Source: Saprospiraceae bacterium (lineage in GTDB: Bacteria; Bacteroidota; Bacteroidia; Chitinophagales; Saprospiraceae). Taken from it: a stretch of DNA of 64,000 nucleotides. A program made the translations under genes and the position numbers. The stretch is taken from assembly GCA_020627535.1 (NCBI GenBank), contig JAHDGU010000001.1:164670-228669 (forward strand). Direction: 5' to 3'. Below, one piece after another: positions 7,519-16,196 of the stretch. The notes under the pieces were generated by a model. It did no database searches. It saw nothing but the letters and a program-made list of their open reading frames with translations, and was not told where the DNA came from. The first letter of the stretch is position 1; the number at the start of each line of letters is the position of its first letter.

Positions 7519-10068
7519 TTGATGCTATCTTTAGAAGTAATGAGATACGCTATTGTTGCTATTTTTCTTGCCTATTTTTCTGACCTCAGTGCTCAAGAAG
7601 AACTGCTTGTTCATCGACTCAATCAAGAGCTTGCTTCAGGAGTTTGCTCAGATTTGCAGTTTGAAGTTTCTTCCTATTACCAGAATTCCAAGAGCAAGAT
7701 CCAATACTTGTATGCCTATCCCTTTATTCAGGGCATACGAATTGCCAATCACCAAGTCCAGTTGGTCGCTGACGAAAAAGGGCAGTTGATTCACAGTCAT
7801 CTTCTCACGTGTGATTGGGATGATTCTCAGTCAGAGCATCTGAGAGGTATGGAAGAGTCTCTGTGGCAATATATCCAGTCGAAAGAGTATGATGTCGATC
7901 TGAGCGCGTATTCAGCTCAGCTTTCACAGGCCAAGTGGGAAGTTGAGAATCCCTCGGAGATCCTAGAGGAGATGCAGGCAGAAAAGGTCTATTATTTGAC
8001 ATCGACAGAAGTACGAGACTCAGACGGGTCTAGTTCTTTGCAATTTTCATTGAGAGCGGCCTACGAAATCCATATTCGTGAAAGCTCAGGAAATCACTGG
8101 TGGAACGCGATCGTGAGTGCTAGCGATGACGAAATTCTGCAAGATCAAGATCTTGTCTTGCACTGTGAGTTTCATCATGTCAAGGCTCCGAATCATGATT
8201 GTGGCCATGATCATTCAGAAAATCTTCAGGCGACGATCCCCAATTCATACAGAGTTCTACCCCTATATGTGGAATCACCATCACACGGTGATTTTACCTT
8301 GGAGGTGGATCCAGCAGATTTGGACGTAAGTCCCCTAGGATGGCATGATGACGGTACGACGAGCTACACGGATACACGGGGCAACAATGTGGACGCCTAC
8401 GAAGATCGAGATGCCAACAATGCTCCTGGATACAGACCAGATGGTGGAGCAGACCTTGAGTTTGATTTCTCTTTTGATCCCAATAGCCCTCCGATCAACA
8501 GTGAGGATGCGATTATCACCAATCTCTTTTATTGGAACAATCTGATGCATGATGTATGGTATCGATATGGTTTTGATGAGGCATCAGGAAACTTCCAAGA
8601 GGACAATTTCGGCAATGGCGGGATAGCAGGAGACTATGTAAGAGCAGAAGCTCAAGATGGATCCGGTACCAATAATGCCAACTTCAGCACACCGACAGAT
8701 GGTGGCAATCCTAGGATGCAGATGTTCCTCTGGACTGGCGTGGCCCAGCTCGAGATTACCAATCCTTCGAGCAGTGCAGGATTCTACAACTACAGCGCAG
8801 CAGGATTTGGCCCGTCAATCAATAGCAATATATCTGGTAACATCATCCTAGCATATGATGCCAATCCGGACAGTTCGCAAGCTTGTGGTGCAATTGTAAA
8901 TAGCGCGGAGGTCAATGGAAATATCGCCTTGGTAGATCGTGGAGCCTGCTTTTTCGAGACCAAGGTCAACAATTGTGAAGCTGCTGGTGCGATCGCTGTC
9001 ATTGTATGTAATAATCAGCCGGGTGCAGGGACATTCGGTATGGGAGGTGTGGATACGATACCTGACCCAGGCATTCCGTCTATAATGATCAGCTACGAGG
9101 ATTGTCAGACTATCCGGATGGATCTTGACAATGGACTGGCCGGGACGATTGAGAGTGAATCCATTGCTTTTGACTCGGATCTAGACAATGGGATTATCTG
9201 CCACGAATACGGGCATGGCATCAGTATACGTTTGACGGGTGGTGCGGGGACCAATAGCTGTCTAGGCTCTGCCGAGCAAATGGGTGAAGGCTGGTCAGAT
9301 TACTTCGGTCTTGTGATGTCCCAAAAGCCTGGTCATACTCACGATCTGCCTCGTGGTATCGGTACCTATGTGCTCGGGCAGGATACACTGGGATCTGGAA
9401 TCAGGCCGGCAGAGTACTGTACGGATTTTGCAGTGAATGACTTTACCTACGACGATATCGACCAGGTCTCTCAGCCACATGGTGTAGGATTTGTCTGGTG
9501 TACCATGATCTGGGATATGACATGGGCACTAGAGAACCACTACGGCTATGAGCCCGATATCTTCAATGATTCTAGTAGTGCTGGGAATATTGTTGCTTAT
9601 CACCTAGTAATGGAAGGACTAAGACTACAGGCATGCAATCCTGGATTTGTGGATGGAAGAGACGCTATATTGATGGCAGATTCGATTCTCTACAACAAGG
9701 AACACGAATGCATCATATGGAATGCGTTTGCACGACGTGGACTAGGCTTTAGTGCAGATCAAGGCTCAGCGAATAATCGGAGCGACGGGGCGGAAGCTTT
9801 TGACCTGCCAACTGGCTGTGATGCTTTGAGCTATGAGGAGCTATTTGTCATTGGTCCCAATCCTTGTGATGGCGACAATCTAGTAATTGAAGATCCCATC
9901 ACGATGGATTCTACTTACAGAGCCAAGTTTTTGATAGAGAGTAATGCCACCATCGGCTCTGGTCTAGATATTATCTATCAAGCTGGGCAGTCGATAGAGC
10001 TAGATACCAATTTTACGGTAACTACTGGTGCCTTGTTTGAGGCGAGGATCGATCCTTGTCAGGATTGA
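7519..10068 (+). CDS. Secreted M36 (fungalysin-family) zinc metalloprotease with FTP propeptide, PA-domain insert and a probable T9SS C-terminal domain
   Basis: The signal peptide MRYAIVAIFLAYFSDLSAQ is present. The zinc motif HEYGHGISIRLTGG...MGEGWSD matches the fungalysin HEYTHG...RLTGG...GEGWSD pattern. A PA-like segment reads NGNIALVDRGACFFETKVNNCEAAGAIAVIVCNN. The last about 80 aa look like a Por secretion tail. Confidence 0.85.
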   Translation: MMLSLEVMRYAIVAIFLAYFSDLSAQEELLVHRLNQELASGVCSDLQFEVSSYYQNSKSKIQYLYAYPFIQGIRIANHQVQLVADEKGQLIHSHLLTCDWDDSQSEHLRGMEESLWQYIQSKEYDVDLSAYSAQLSQAKWEVENPSEILEEMQAEKVYYLTSTEVRDSDGSSSLQFSLRAAYEIHIRESSGNHWWNAIVSASDDEILQDQDLVLHCEFHHVKAPNHDCGHDHSENLQATIPNSYRVLPLYVESPSHGDFTLEVDPADLDVSPLGWHDDGTTSYTDTRGNNVDAYEDRDANNAPGYRPDGGADLEFDFSFDPNSPPINSEDAIITNLFYWNNLMHDVWYRYGFDEASGNFQEDNFGNGGIAGDYVRAEAQDGSGTNNANFSTPTDGGNPRMQMFLWTGVAQLEITNPSSSAGFYNYSAAGFGPSINSNISGNIILAYDANPDSSQACGAIVNSAEVNGNIALVDRGACFFETKVNNCEAAGAIAVIVCNNQPGAGTFGMGGVDTIPDPGIPSIMISYEDCQTIRMDLDNGLAGTIESESIAFDSDLDNGIICHEYGHGISIRLTGGAGTNSCLGSAEQMGEGWSDYFGLVMSQKPGHTHDLPRGIGTYVLGQDTLGSGIRPAEYCTDFAVNDFTYDDIDQVSQPHGVGFVWCTMIWDMTWALENHYGYEPDIFNDSSSAGNIVAYHLVMEGLRLQACNPGFVDGRDAILMADSILYNKEHECIIWNAFARRGLGFSADQGSANNRSDGAEAFDLPTGCDALSYEELFVIGPNPCDGDNLVIEDPITMDSTYRAKFLIESNATIGSGLDIIYQAGQSIELDTNFTVTTGALFEARIDPCQD

Positions 10069-10073
10069 GTATA

Positions 10074-10991
10074 TTATCTATAGAGTTCGAAAATACTCGC
10101 ATCCACCCAGTACAGATCTTGATCACTCGTGTAAAAAAAGTACTTACCATCCGGTGTCACGTAAGGACATAGTTCATGCTTGCTTGTATTGATGAGAGGA
10201 CCCATCGAAACGGCTTCAGACCAGAGGCGATCTTCATTTCTGAAGCTGATGTAGAGATCGCCTTGACCAGAGCCATCTCTCCGTATCGAGCAAAATATGA
10301 GATATGATTCATCAGGTGCCACAAACACATCTGCCTCATACCGCGCTGTATTGATACTGTCGCTCAGTCTCTCAGGTTTTAAAAACTTGTGTCCGTCCCA
10401 CTGGGAGCGATAAATATCCATCGCATAGCTGGGAGCCTCAGGTGCTAGATCTCGAGACGAAAAGTATAGGCTGCCATCACTGGTAAAAGAGCTGTAGTAT
10501 TGGTCAAGATGATTGTTGATAGGAGCACCAAGATTGATGGGATCGGACCAGTGATCTCCTTCTCTGGTAGCGTACCATAGATCGATATCACTTTGCCCCT
10601 CCTTGGCTTCCTTTGGACGATTAGAGATGAAATATAGCCGATCTTCTTGAGGAGAGAGCATCGGGTCATTGTGCCCAAAATTTTCCAGAGCAAAAAGCTG
10701 AGTTTCTTCAGACCAACTGCCTTGAGAAAATCTCCGATGATATATTTCAGTCACACCGTTATTGTCTACGCCGAAGTAGAGGTCTTCTCCATTTTTCGAA
10801 ATGGTGCAGCCAAATTCATATCGATCAGGTAACGAGATGATTCCTGGGGCAAATATCATAGGGGTATCACGTGGAGCAATTTGACCTAAGTATTTTACCT
10901 TCTCTGTTTTGTTATTTTGCTGGACTTGATCTTGACAGCACAATGTTGCTATCATGCCTAGAATTAAAAGAAGGAATAGAGCAACTCTCAT
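10074..10991 (-). CDS. Secreted or lipoprotein TolB-like (PD40/WD40-like) beta-propeller repeat protein
   Basis: The signal peptide is MRVALFLLLILGMIATLCC. Propeller blades repeat as ...YF(S/T)S.RDG..DLY.... Confidence 0.55.
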   Translation of the reverse strand: MRVALFLLLILGMIATLCCQDQVQQNNKTEKVKYLGQIAPRDTPMIFAPGIISLPDRYEFGCTISKNGEDLYFGVDNNGVTEIYHRRFSQGSWSEETQLFALENFGHNDPMLSPQEDRLYFISNRPKEAKEGQSDIDLWYATREGDHWSDPINLGAPINNHLDQYYSSFTSDGSLYFSSRDLAPEAPSYAMDIYRSQWDGHKFLKPERLSDSINTARYEADVFVAPDESYLIFCSIRRDGSGQGDLYISFRNEDRLWSEAVSMGPLINTSKHELCPYVTPDGKYFFYTSDQDLYWVDASIFELYR

Positions 10992-11003
10992 CTTGGTTTT
11001 GAT

Positions 11004-12164
11004 TTATATTGCAGCAAAGCCCCTCTCCAAATCCTCAATAATCACCTTCACATCCTCCAGCCCAATACTCAAGCGATACAGATTCCAAGGATGCTGCTCC
11101 TCTGCTGGTGCAGACGCATCCCAGAAGGTCACCAGCGGTATGATCAAGGATTCATATCCTCCCCAGCTCACAGCAATCCGAATGTGCTCGAGGGCATCAG
11201 CAAATGCTTCTGCCTCCTCTCGCGTGCCTAGTTGAAGCTCAAAGCTGAAGAGTCCTGTGCTTCCAGACATTTGCTGGCAGGCGAGATCATACTGAGGATG
11301 AGAGGAATGTCCTAGATGGTGCACCGCAGATACCTTCTCATGAGATACAAGGTAGTCTACCACCTTCTCAGTTGTTTCTTGTATCCTTTTCATACGCACA
11401 GGCAAGGTCCTGAGTCCTCTCAGGATCAGACTCGCGTCATGAGGCGACATCACTGCACCAAATGTCATATAGCCCTTGTAGAAGATGTGATCAATGAGCT
11501 CCTTGGATCCCATCACTGCTCCAGCGACCACATCGCTATGACCTGCAATGTACTTGCTGATGCTATGCGTCACAAGATCCACGCCAAGCTCTGCAGGATT
11601 TTGGAAGAGTGGAGTAGCATAGCTATTATCGAGCGTAGTGAGAATGTCATTTTTTTTGGCCCAGTCACAGGCAGCCTTGATGTCTTGCAGATGGAAGTAC
11701 ATGCTATTGGGGCTCTCGAGGATCAGCATGCGTGTGTGATCAGTCTTCGCCGCCATGATTTCTTCCATAGATCGGCCATCGACGAAGCTATGGCTTACGC
11801 CAAAATCCTCAAGAATATTGATCAATAGCTTATTGGTCCATGAGTATGCTCCTTTGACACAAATCACATGGTCACCCGCCTTCAGAAAACTGCAAATCGT
11901 CGCACTGATCGCAGCGATTCCACTGCTGAAGACTAGACAGGACTCCGTCTTCTCCAGAGCGGCAAGTTTTTGACACAATAGCACCTGACTGGGATTGTTC
12001 CCTCTGGTGTAGAGTGTACTATCCGCTTCCGCTAAAAAAGCCAGTCGAAAACTCTCGACACTGTCAAAAGCAAAGTTGCTCGTCTGGTAGATTGGCGGTA
12101 CGATGCTGCCATACGGATCAAGTGCATTTTCCTTAGGATCAAAGAGGCCGGACATAAGATTCAT
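11004..12164 (-). CDS. Cys/Met-metabolism PLP-dependent enzyme (cystathionine gamma-synthase / beta-lyase / Met gamma-lyase family)
   Basis: The N-terminal motif PPIYQTSNFAF and the PLP-lysine motif SISKYIAGHSDVVAGAV are both present. Length is 386 aa. Confidence 0.85.
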   Translation of the reverse strand: MNLMSGLFDPKENALDPYGSIVPPIYQTSNFAFDSVESFRLAFLAEADSTLYTRGNNPSQVLLCQKLAALEKTESCLVFSSGIAAISATICSFLKAGDHVICVKGAYSWTNKLLINILEDFGVSHSFVDGRSMEEIMAAKTDHTRMLILESPNSMYFHLQDIKAACDWAKKNDILTTLDNSYATPLFQNPAELGVDLVTHSISKYIAGHSDVVAGAVMGSKELIDHIFYKGYMTFGAVMSPHDASLILRGLRTLPVRMKRIQETTEKVVDYLVSHEKVSAVHHLGHSSHPQYDLACQQMSGSTGLFSFELQLGTREEAEAFADALEHIRIAVSWGGYESLIIPLVTFWDASAPAEEQHPWNLYRLSIGLEDVKVIIEDLERGFAAI

Positions 12165-12239
12165 ATTGTGGAACCTAAATCTAGCAGATTCTCAGGGAAG
12201 GGGTGTTGGTTGATAGTTAAGGGTTTCGTGAACCGAGGA

Positions 12240-12587
12240 CCGTGAACCGTGGACCGAAGTGATGTTTGCTGAGCGCGCCCGCCTGCCTTTGGTAGGTCTC
12301 GCTAGAGCTTTATGCGTCCTCGTACTGAGAAGGATGAACTGGAGTTGGAACTTGGGACAAACCGTTTCTCGAGTGAGCTAGTCAATCGATGCACAAATTC
12401 ATAAAAGCAATGAATCTCTGCAAAAGCCCTAGAATTCAACGAAGCCAAAGCCCAGCGTATAGCATGCAAGAGGTACGATCAAAAAGCTGCTCTGCGAACG
12501 AACAATCGTGGCACGAATAATAAACAACTGTCACCTGTCAACTATCAACTGTCAACCGCTCGACGGTTTACGGTCCACGGTTCACGG
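12240..12587. repeat. Perfect 17-bp inverted repeats (CCGTGAACCGTGGACCG at 12240-12256; reverse complement at 12571-12587) bracketing a 314-bp non-coding segment
   Basis: Read directly from the sequence. Each inverted repeat lies inside a longer heptad-periodic array (12203-12258 and 12528-12593). Confidence 0.8.
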
Positions 12588-12597
12588 TAAACCTCCC

Positions 12598-15264
12598 TCA
12601 CTCCACCTTCACGATCTTCTGCACACAAAGTGCACTATTGCCAGGGTCATACACCTTCACGAAGAACAATCCATTGCCCAGTAGTTCTGTATTGATATTG
12701 ACCTCTGTTCCTACATTGGGGAGCTCTTGGATGAGTGTACCACTCGCATCCAGTATTTGAAGTCGATATGATGGAAGATCTCCTTGGATCCTGAAGTAGT
12801 TGTCCACAGGATTGGGGAAGACTTCGATGCAGCTAATTGTCGCCTCTATCTGTCTCGAACTGGTAGCAACTTCACTGCAATCATAATCTCCACTGAGTGC
12901 ACCGTAGACGACAGCTGCTGTGACACTGTTTTGGTTGATGGTAAACTCGCCGGTGAGAGGACTTGGGCGCTGTTCGAAGAATCGCTCATGTCCTGGCCAC
13001 TCTTCGATGGCAGGATATACATTTTGATCAGGCCAGTGATGCTCCCAGGGACCGACATTGAAGAGTCCTCCACGTCTCCATGGACCATATGGTACAATAC
13101 CGGCTTTGATTTCGCCTTCTCCCGTAGCCCAGCTATCGAGATGCAGCAGACCTTGAGGGCTTTTTTCGCCGATACCAGTGATCCAAGTCATACCTAGAGG
13201 ATTGGTCCCGAGGAAGTAGTCTGCCGTAGTGTGTATGTACTTGAGGTAGTCAGCTGCCTTGGTAGGATCAGTGCCTTGCAGTATGGCGGACATAAACACT
13301 GCTTCCGCGACAAATGGCGTCGTGCCGTGCCCTACGAGCATAGGGAAGTAGTGGTTCCCTCCCCAGCGACAAGCGCGGAGATCAACATTGTCAAGAATAA
13401 GGAAATCCGCAGTCTGTATCATTTTGTCGCTGACGATCGTGCGTTGACTGGCATCTTGGTTGTCTGCATCGGTCATGAGGTAGATCAGAGCACCGTAGGC
13501 CTGCTCACCTTGGACATTTTCCCAAAACTCGAGCCCCGCCTGATCCCAGCTCTGCTCAAAATCTTGCTGATAGAAATCATTTTCTGTGAGTCTGTAGAGA
13601 GCCGCGGAGGCGAAGCTTCGCTGCCAGATCATCTCGTAGATATGACAAGCAAAGTCAGGGTCATATTGCGCATTGGCCCAGGCATATGCATCGATGGCTT
13701 CTTGCTCCCAGTCGATCTCCTCCGGATCAGTCCAGCCATTAGTCTCTAGGAGGTAGGCGATCTGCGCGGCCACGCCTGCGTAGTAGTAGCTCATGATCGG
13801 ATCAGGAGCGGATACGACCCAGATGCGATCTGTATCTTCCCAGCTGCCTCGGATAATATCATCATCGCCGAGATCGTAGCCCCAGAGATCACCAAATATC
13901 CGTCCACCTGGCACACCTCCTGTCGTGTAGCCTTTCTCCTCTGTTTCTTGCTTGAGATGATAGTAGAATCTCGGCAACCATCTCGCTTCATCAAAGACAT
14001 CTGGTAGTCCATTGCCACTCTCTGCGATCTGTAGCTGGCCATCGACGAAGTTGTCTCCGTACAACTCTAGCAGTATCAGTAGCTCCACAGGGACTTCCAT
14101 ATGTCTGATGTACGCGTCCCAGTCGCCAGCGTCCTGGTACCACCCAGCAGTCTCGATATCTCCGAGGATGCCAGCATCCCAAGTGGCCTTGTCATCCTCT
14201 GAGGCATCCTCGTCTGTCACATCGCAGATAGATACGTCACTATACTTCAGCTGCCCTGCAAATCCGGGTGTCACAGCAGGATTGTGTGGCGCTGGACGTG
14301 TGGCTTCCGTGTGCGGATGATCCAGAGCAATTCCACTGCGCTGATTGTAGAGGCCCTTCATCACCAGTTCGAATGCAGGCCTGAGACCATTGCAAGCAAG
14401 GTCAAACTCATGAGATCTGCCGATACCATCAACCACGAGGTAGTAGGATCCAGGCGTATTGTAAGCACTAAAATCACACTCGTATACCTCAGCACTATTG
14501 AAATTTTGATTCGGGGTTTCATCGCTATCATCGACAAATGTCTCTTGCGTCATCTCATCCTTGCGAAAAGTCAGATTTCCTGTGAAGACTGCATCGCCTG
14601 ATGTCGCATCGATAAGACGAAATTCATTGCCAGCGTAGCTGCTAAGATCCAACTTGCCGCCGTCTCCCATCCAATGATATACGTAGGCATACTTGAGCTC
14701 TGCATTGGTAGAGTAGGCTAGATTGTTGACGTGTATAGCAGGAGAAAGGAAGCTGTTTTCATCATATTTTAAGATCCATTCTGTCTGATCTGGACTGATG
14801 GCTTGATCTATGTTGATCTCGTAGGTCTTACCCGGTTCTAGTGCAATAGGTAGCTCCAGATACAGCCAGTGTTCCTTGGCATGATCAGGCTCTTGATTGG
14901 CACATCCCCAGACACCATAGTAGTCCAGGAGCTCCCAGCCTTGACACACATCTAGGAATTCTGTAGGCTTGCTTTTTCGCGAAAGCGATACTGGACTCTC
15001 CCCACTGCCATAAGCTGCATCATCAGGCGAACTGATCATGTAATTGTTGAGGTCTTCGGCAATGGGTATATCCAGCAGATCTACGAAGATCTCTCCACTA
15101 TTTTTAGGTTCACCGGCTTTGGGCTGTAACACATAGCCTTCATCGACATGGATCAAGAGGATCTTATCTGTGAGCATGGTCAGCTCCACCTCACTTTGGG
15201 CCATGATCTGGTCGGTCAGGCAGGTCAATAGGATAAGGACTAGAGCAGATTGTAGGACTTTCAT
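12598..15264 (-). CDS. Glycoside hydrolase family 9-like enzyme with N-terminal Ig-like (CelD_N) domain and T9SS C-terminal sorting domain
   Basis: A signal peptide is present. The Ig-like segment reads YYLVVDGIGRSHEFDL. The GH9-type motif is AGWYQDAGDWD. The C-terminus VFPNPVDNYFRIQ...GLFFVKVYD...VQKIVKVE has the Por_Secre_tail pattern. The ORF-track start at 15294 is probably an N-terminal over-extension; MKVLQSALVLILL is the likelier start. Confidence 0.6.
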   Translation of the reverse strand: MKVLQSALVLILLTCLTDQIMAQSEVELTMLTDKILLIHVDEGYVLQPKAGEPKNSGEIFVDLLDIPIAEDLNNYMISSPDDAAYGSGESPVSLSRKSKPTEFLDVCQGWELLDYYGVWGCANQEPDHAKEHWLYLELPIALEPGKTYEINIDQAISPDQTEWILKYDENSFLSPAIHVNNLAYSTNAELKYAYVYHWMGDGGKLDLSSYAGNEFRLIDATSGDAVFTGNLTFRKDEMTQETFVDDSDETPNQNFNSAEVYECDFSAYNTPGSYYLVVDGIGRSHEFDLACNGLRPAFELVMKGLYNQRSGIALDHPHTEATRPAPHNPAVTPGFAGQLKYSDVSICDVTDEDASEDDKATWDAGILGDIETAGWYQDAGDWDAYIRHMEVPVELLILLELYGDNFVDGQLQIAESGNGLPDVFDEARWLPRFYYHLKQETEEKGYTTGGVPGGRIFGDLWGYDLGDDDIIRGSWEDTDRIWVVSAPDPIMSYYYAGVAAQIAYLLETNGWTDPEEIDWEQEAIDAYAWANAQYDPDFACHIYEMIWQRSFASAALYRLTENDFYQQDFEQSWDQAGLEFWENVQGEQAYGALIYLMTDADNQDASQRTIVSDKMIQTADFLILDNVDLRACRWGGNHYFPMLVGHGTTPFVAEAVFMSAILQGTDPTKAADYLKYIHTTADYFLGTNPLGMTWITGIGEKSPQGLLHLDSWATGEGEIKAGIVPYGPWRRGGLFNVGPWEHHWPDQNVYPAIEEWPGHERFFEQRPSPLTGEFTINQNSVTAAVVYGALSGDYDCSEVATSSRQIEATISCIEVFPNPVDNYFRIQGDLPSYRLQILDASGTLIQELPNVGTEVNINTELLGNGLFFVKVYDPGNSALCVQKIVKVE

Positions 15265-15406
15265 TGTTGCAAATGATTTGAACTTCACTTGCATGACGCA
15301 TTGCTCAGATCATACCCTACGACAAGTCAGGAAAGATTTATTTTTTGATGGAGACCTTGCCTCAAGGATTGATCTAGGCAAAGTAAAACTGCGAAAATGC
15401 TCTGGG

Positions 15407-15955
15407 TTATTTTCCGTGATTCGCCTGCCAGTCTTTGACAATCTGTGGTGGCTCTTCTCCTTCCGCGACAAAGATGAGTGACGCAGAATTCATACAGTAT
15501 CTCAAGCCTGTGGGCTCTGGCCCATCTTTGAAGACATGCCCCAGATGAGATCCACTTCCGCTATCCACTACTTCTATCCTGACCATACCGTAGCTTTTAT
15601 CGACGACCTCGACTACGGCATCTTCCTCAATCGGCTCGTAAAAACTTGGCCAACCAGTACCTGAGCGAAATTTCGTCTCTGAGCTGAATAAGGGCTGACC
15701 AGTGGCAGCAGAGTAGTAAATGCCTTTCTTCTTATTGTCCCAATACTCACCTGTGAATGCACGCTCAGTACCATGCTTGCGCAAAATGTAAAACTGCTCA
15801 TCCGTCAGCTGTTGCTTCCACTCTTCATCCGTCTTTTGGACTGGGTAGTTTGTATGATCATCAGACGAAGTGCTTTTTGTCTGACAAGACACGGGTAAGA
15901 ATGCAAGACAAAGACCAAGAACCAGTGAAAATCTCATAATACGCTTGTTTGACAT
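15407..15955 (-). CDS. msrB: Peptide-methionine (R)-S-oxide reductase MsrB, lipoprotein form
   Basis: The SelR motifs RYCMNSASL and GHVFKDGP are present. The lipoprotein-type signal is [26 protein letters not shown] trimmed the ORF-track start at 16039 to the internal Met. Confidence 0.8.
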   Translation of the reverse strand: MSNKRIMRFSLVLGLCLAFLPVSCQTKSTSSDDHTNYPVQKTDEEWKQQLTDEQFYILRKHGTERAFTGEYWDNKKKGIYYSAATGQPLFSSETKFRSGTGWPSFYEPIEEDAVVEVVDKSYGMVRIEVVDSGSGSHLGHVFKDGPEPTGLRYCMNSASLIFVAEGEEPPQIVKDWQANHGK

Positions 15956-16060
15956 CATAATTCGAAAAACCAAGTTTTTGTTGTCCAGTCCCATGGTAGC
16001 ACCAAGACAAAGTCTCCAATCTATCCATGCTTCGGTCAACGTATTTCAGGTATGGAGAAA

Positions 16061-16125
16061 CTATCAACTATCAACCAACAACCAACAACCAGTCCACGGT
16101 CTACGGTCCTCGGTTGACGAAACCA
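16061..16125 (+). repeat. Heptanucleotide-periodic repeat element: CTATCAA x2, CCAACAA x2, CCAGTCC, ACGGTCT, ACGGTCC, TCGGTTG, ending ...ACGAAACC
   Basis: The 7-nt periodicity is continuous over 65 bp. It is homologous to 12528-12593, 18677-18767 and, inverted, 12203-12258. Confidence 0.8.
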
Positions 16126-16196
16126 AATACCGAACTCGGGGGATTGCGCCCATCTGATTCCACTCAGTTCTTTGCGTCATAAATCAAAGCTACACT

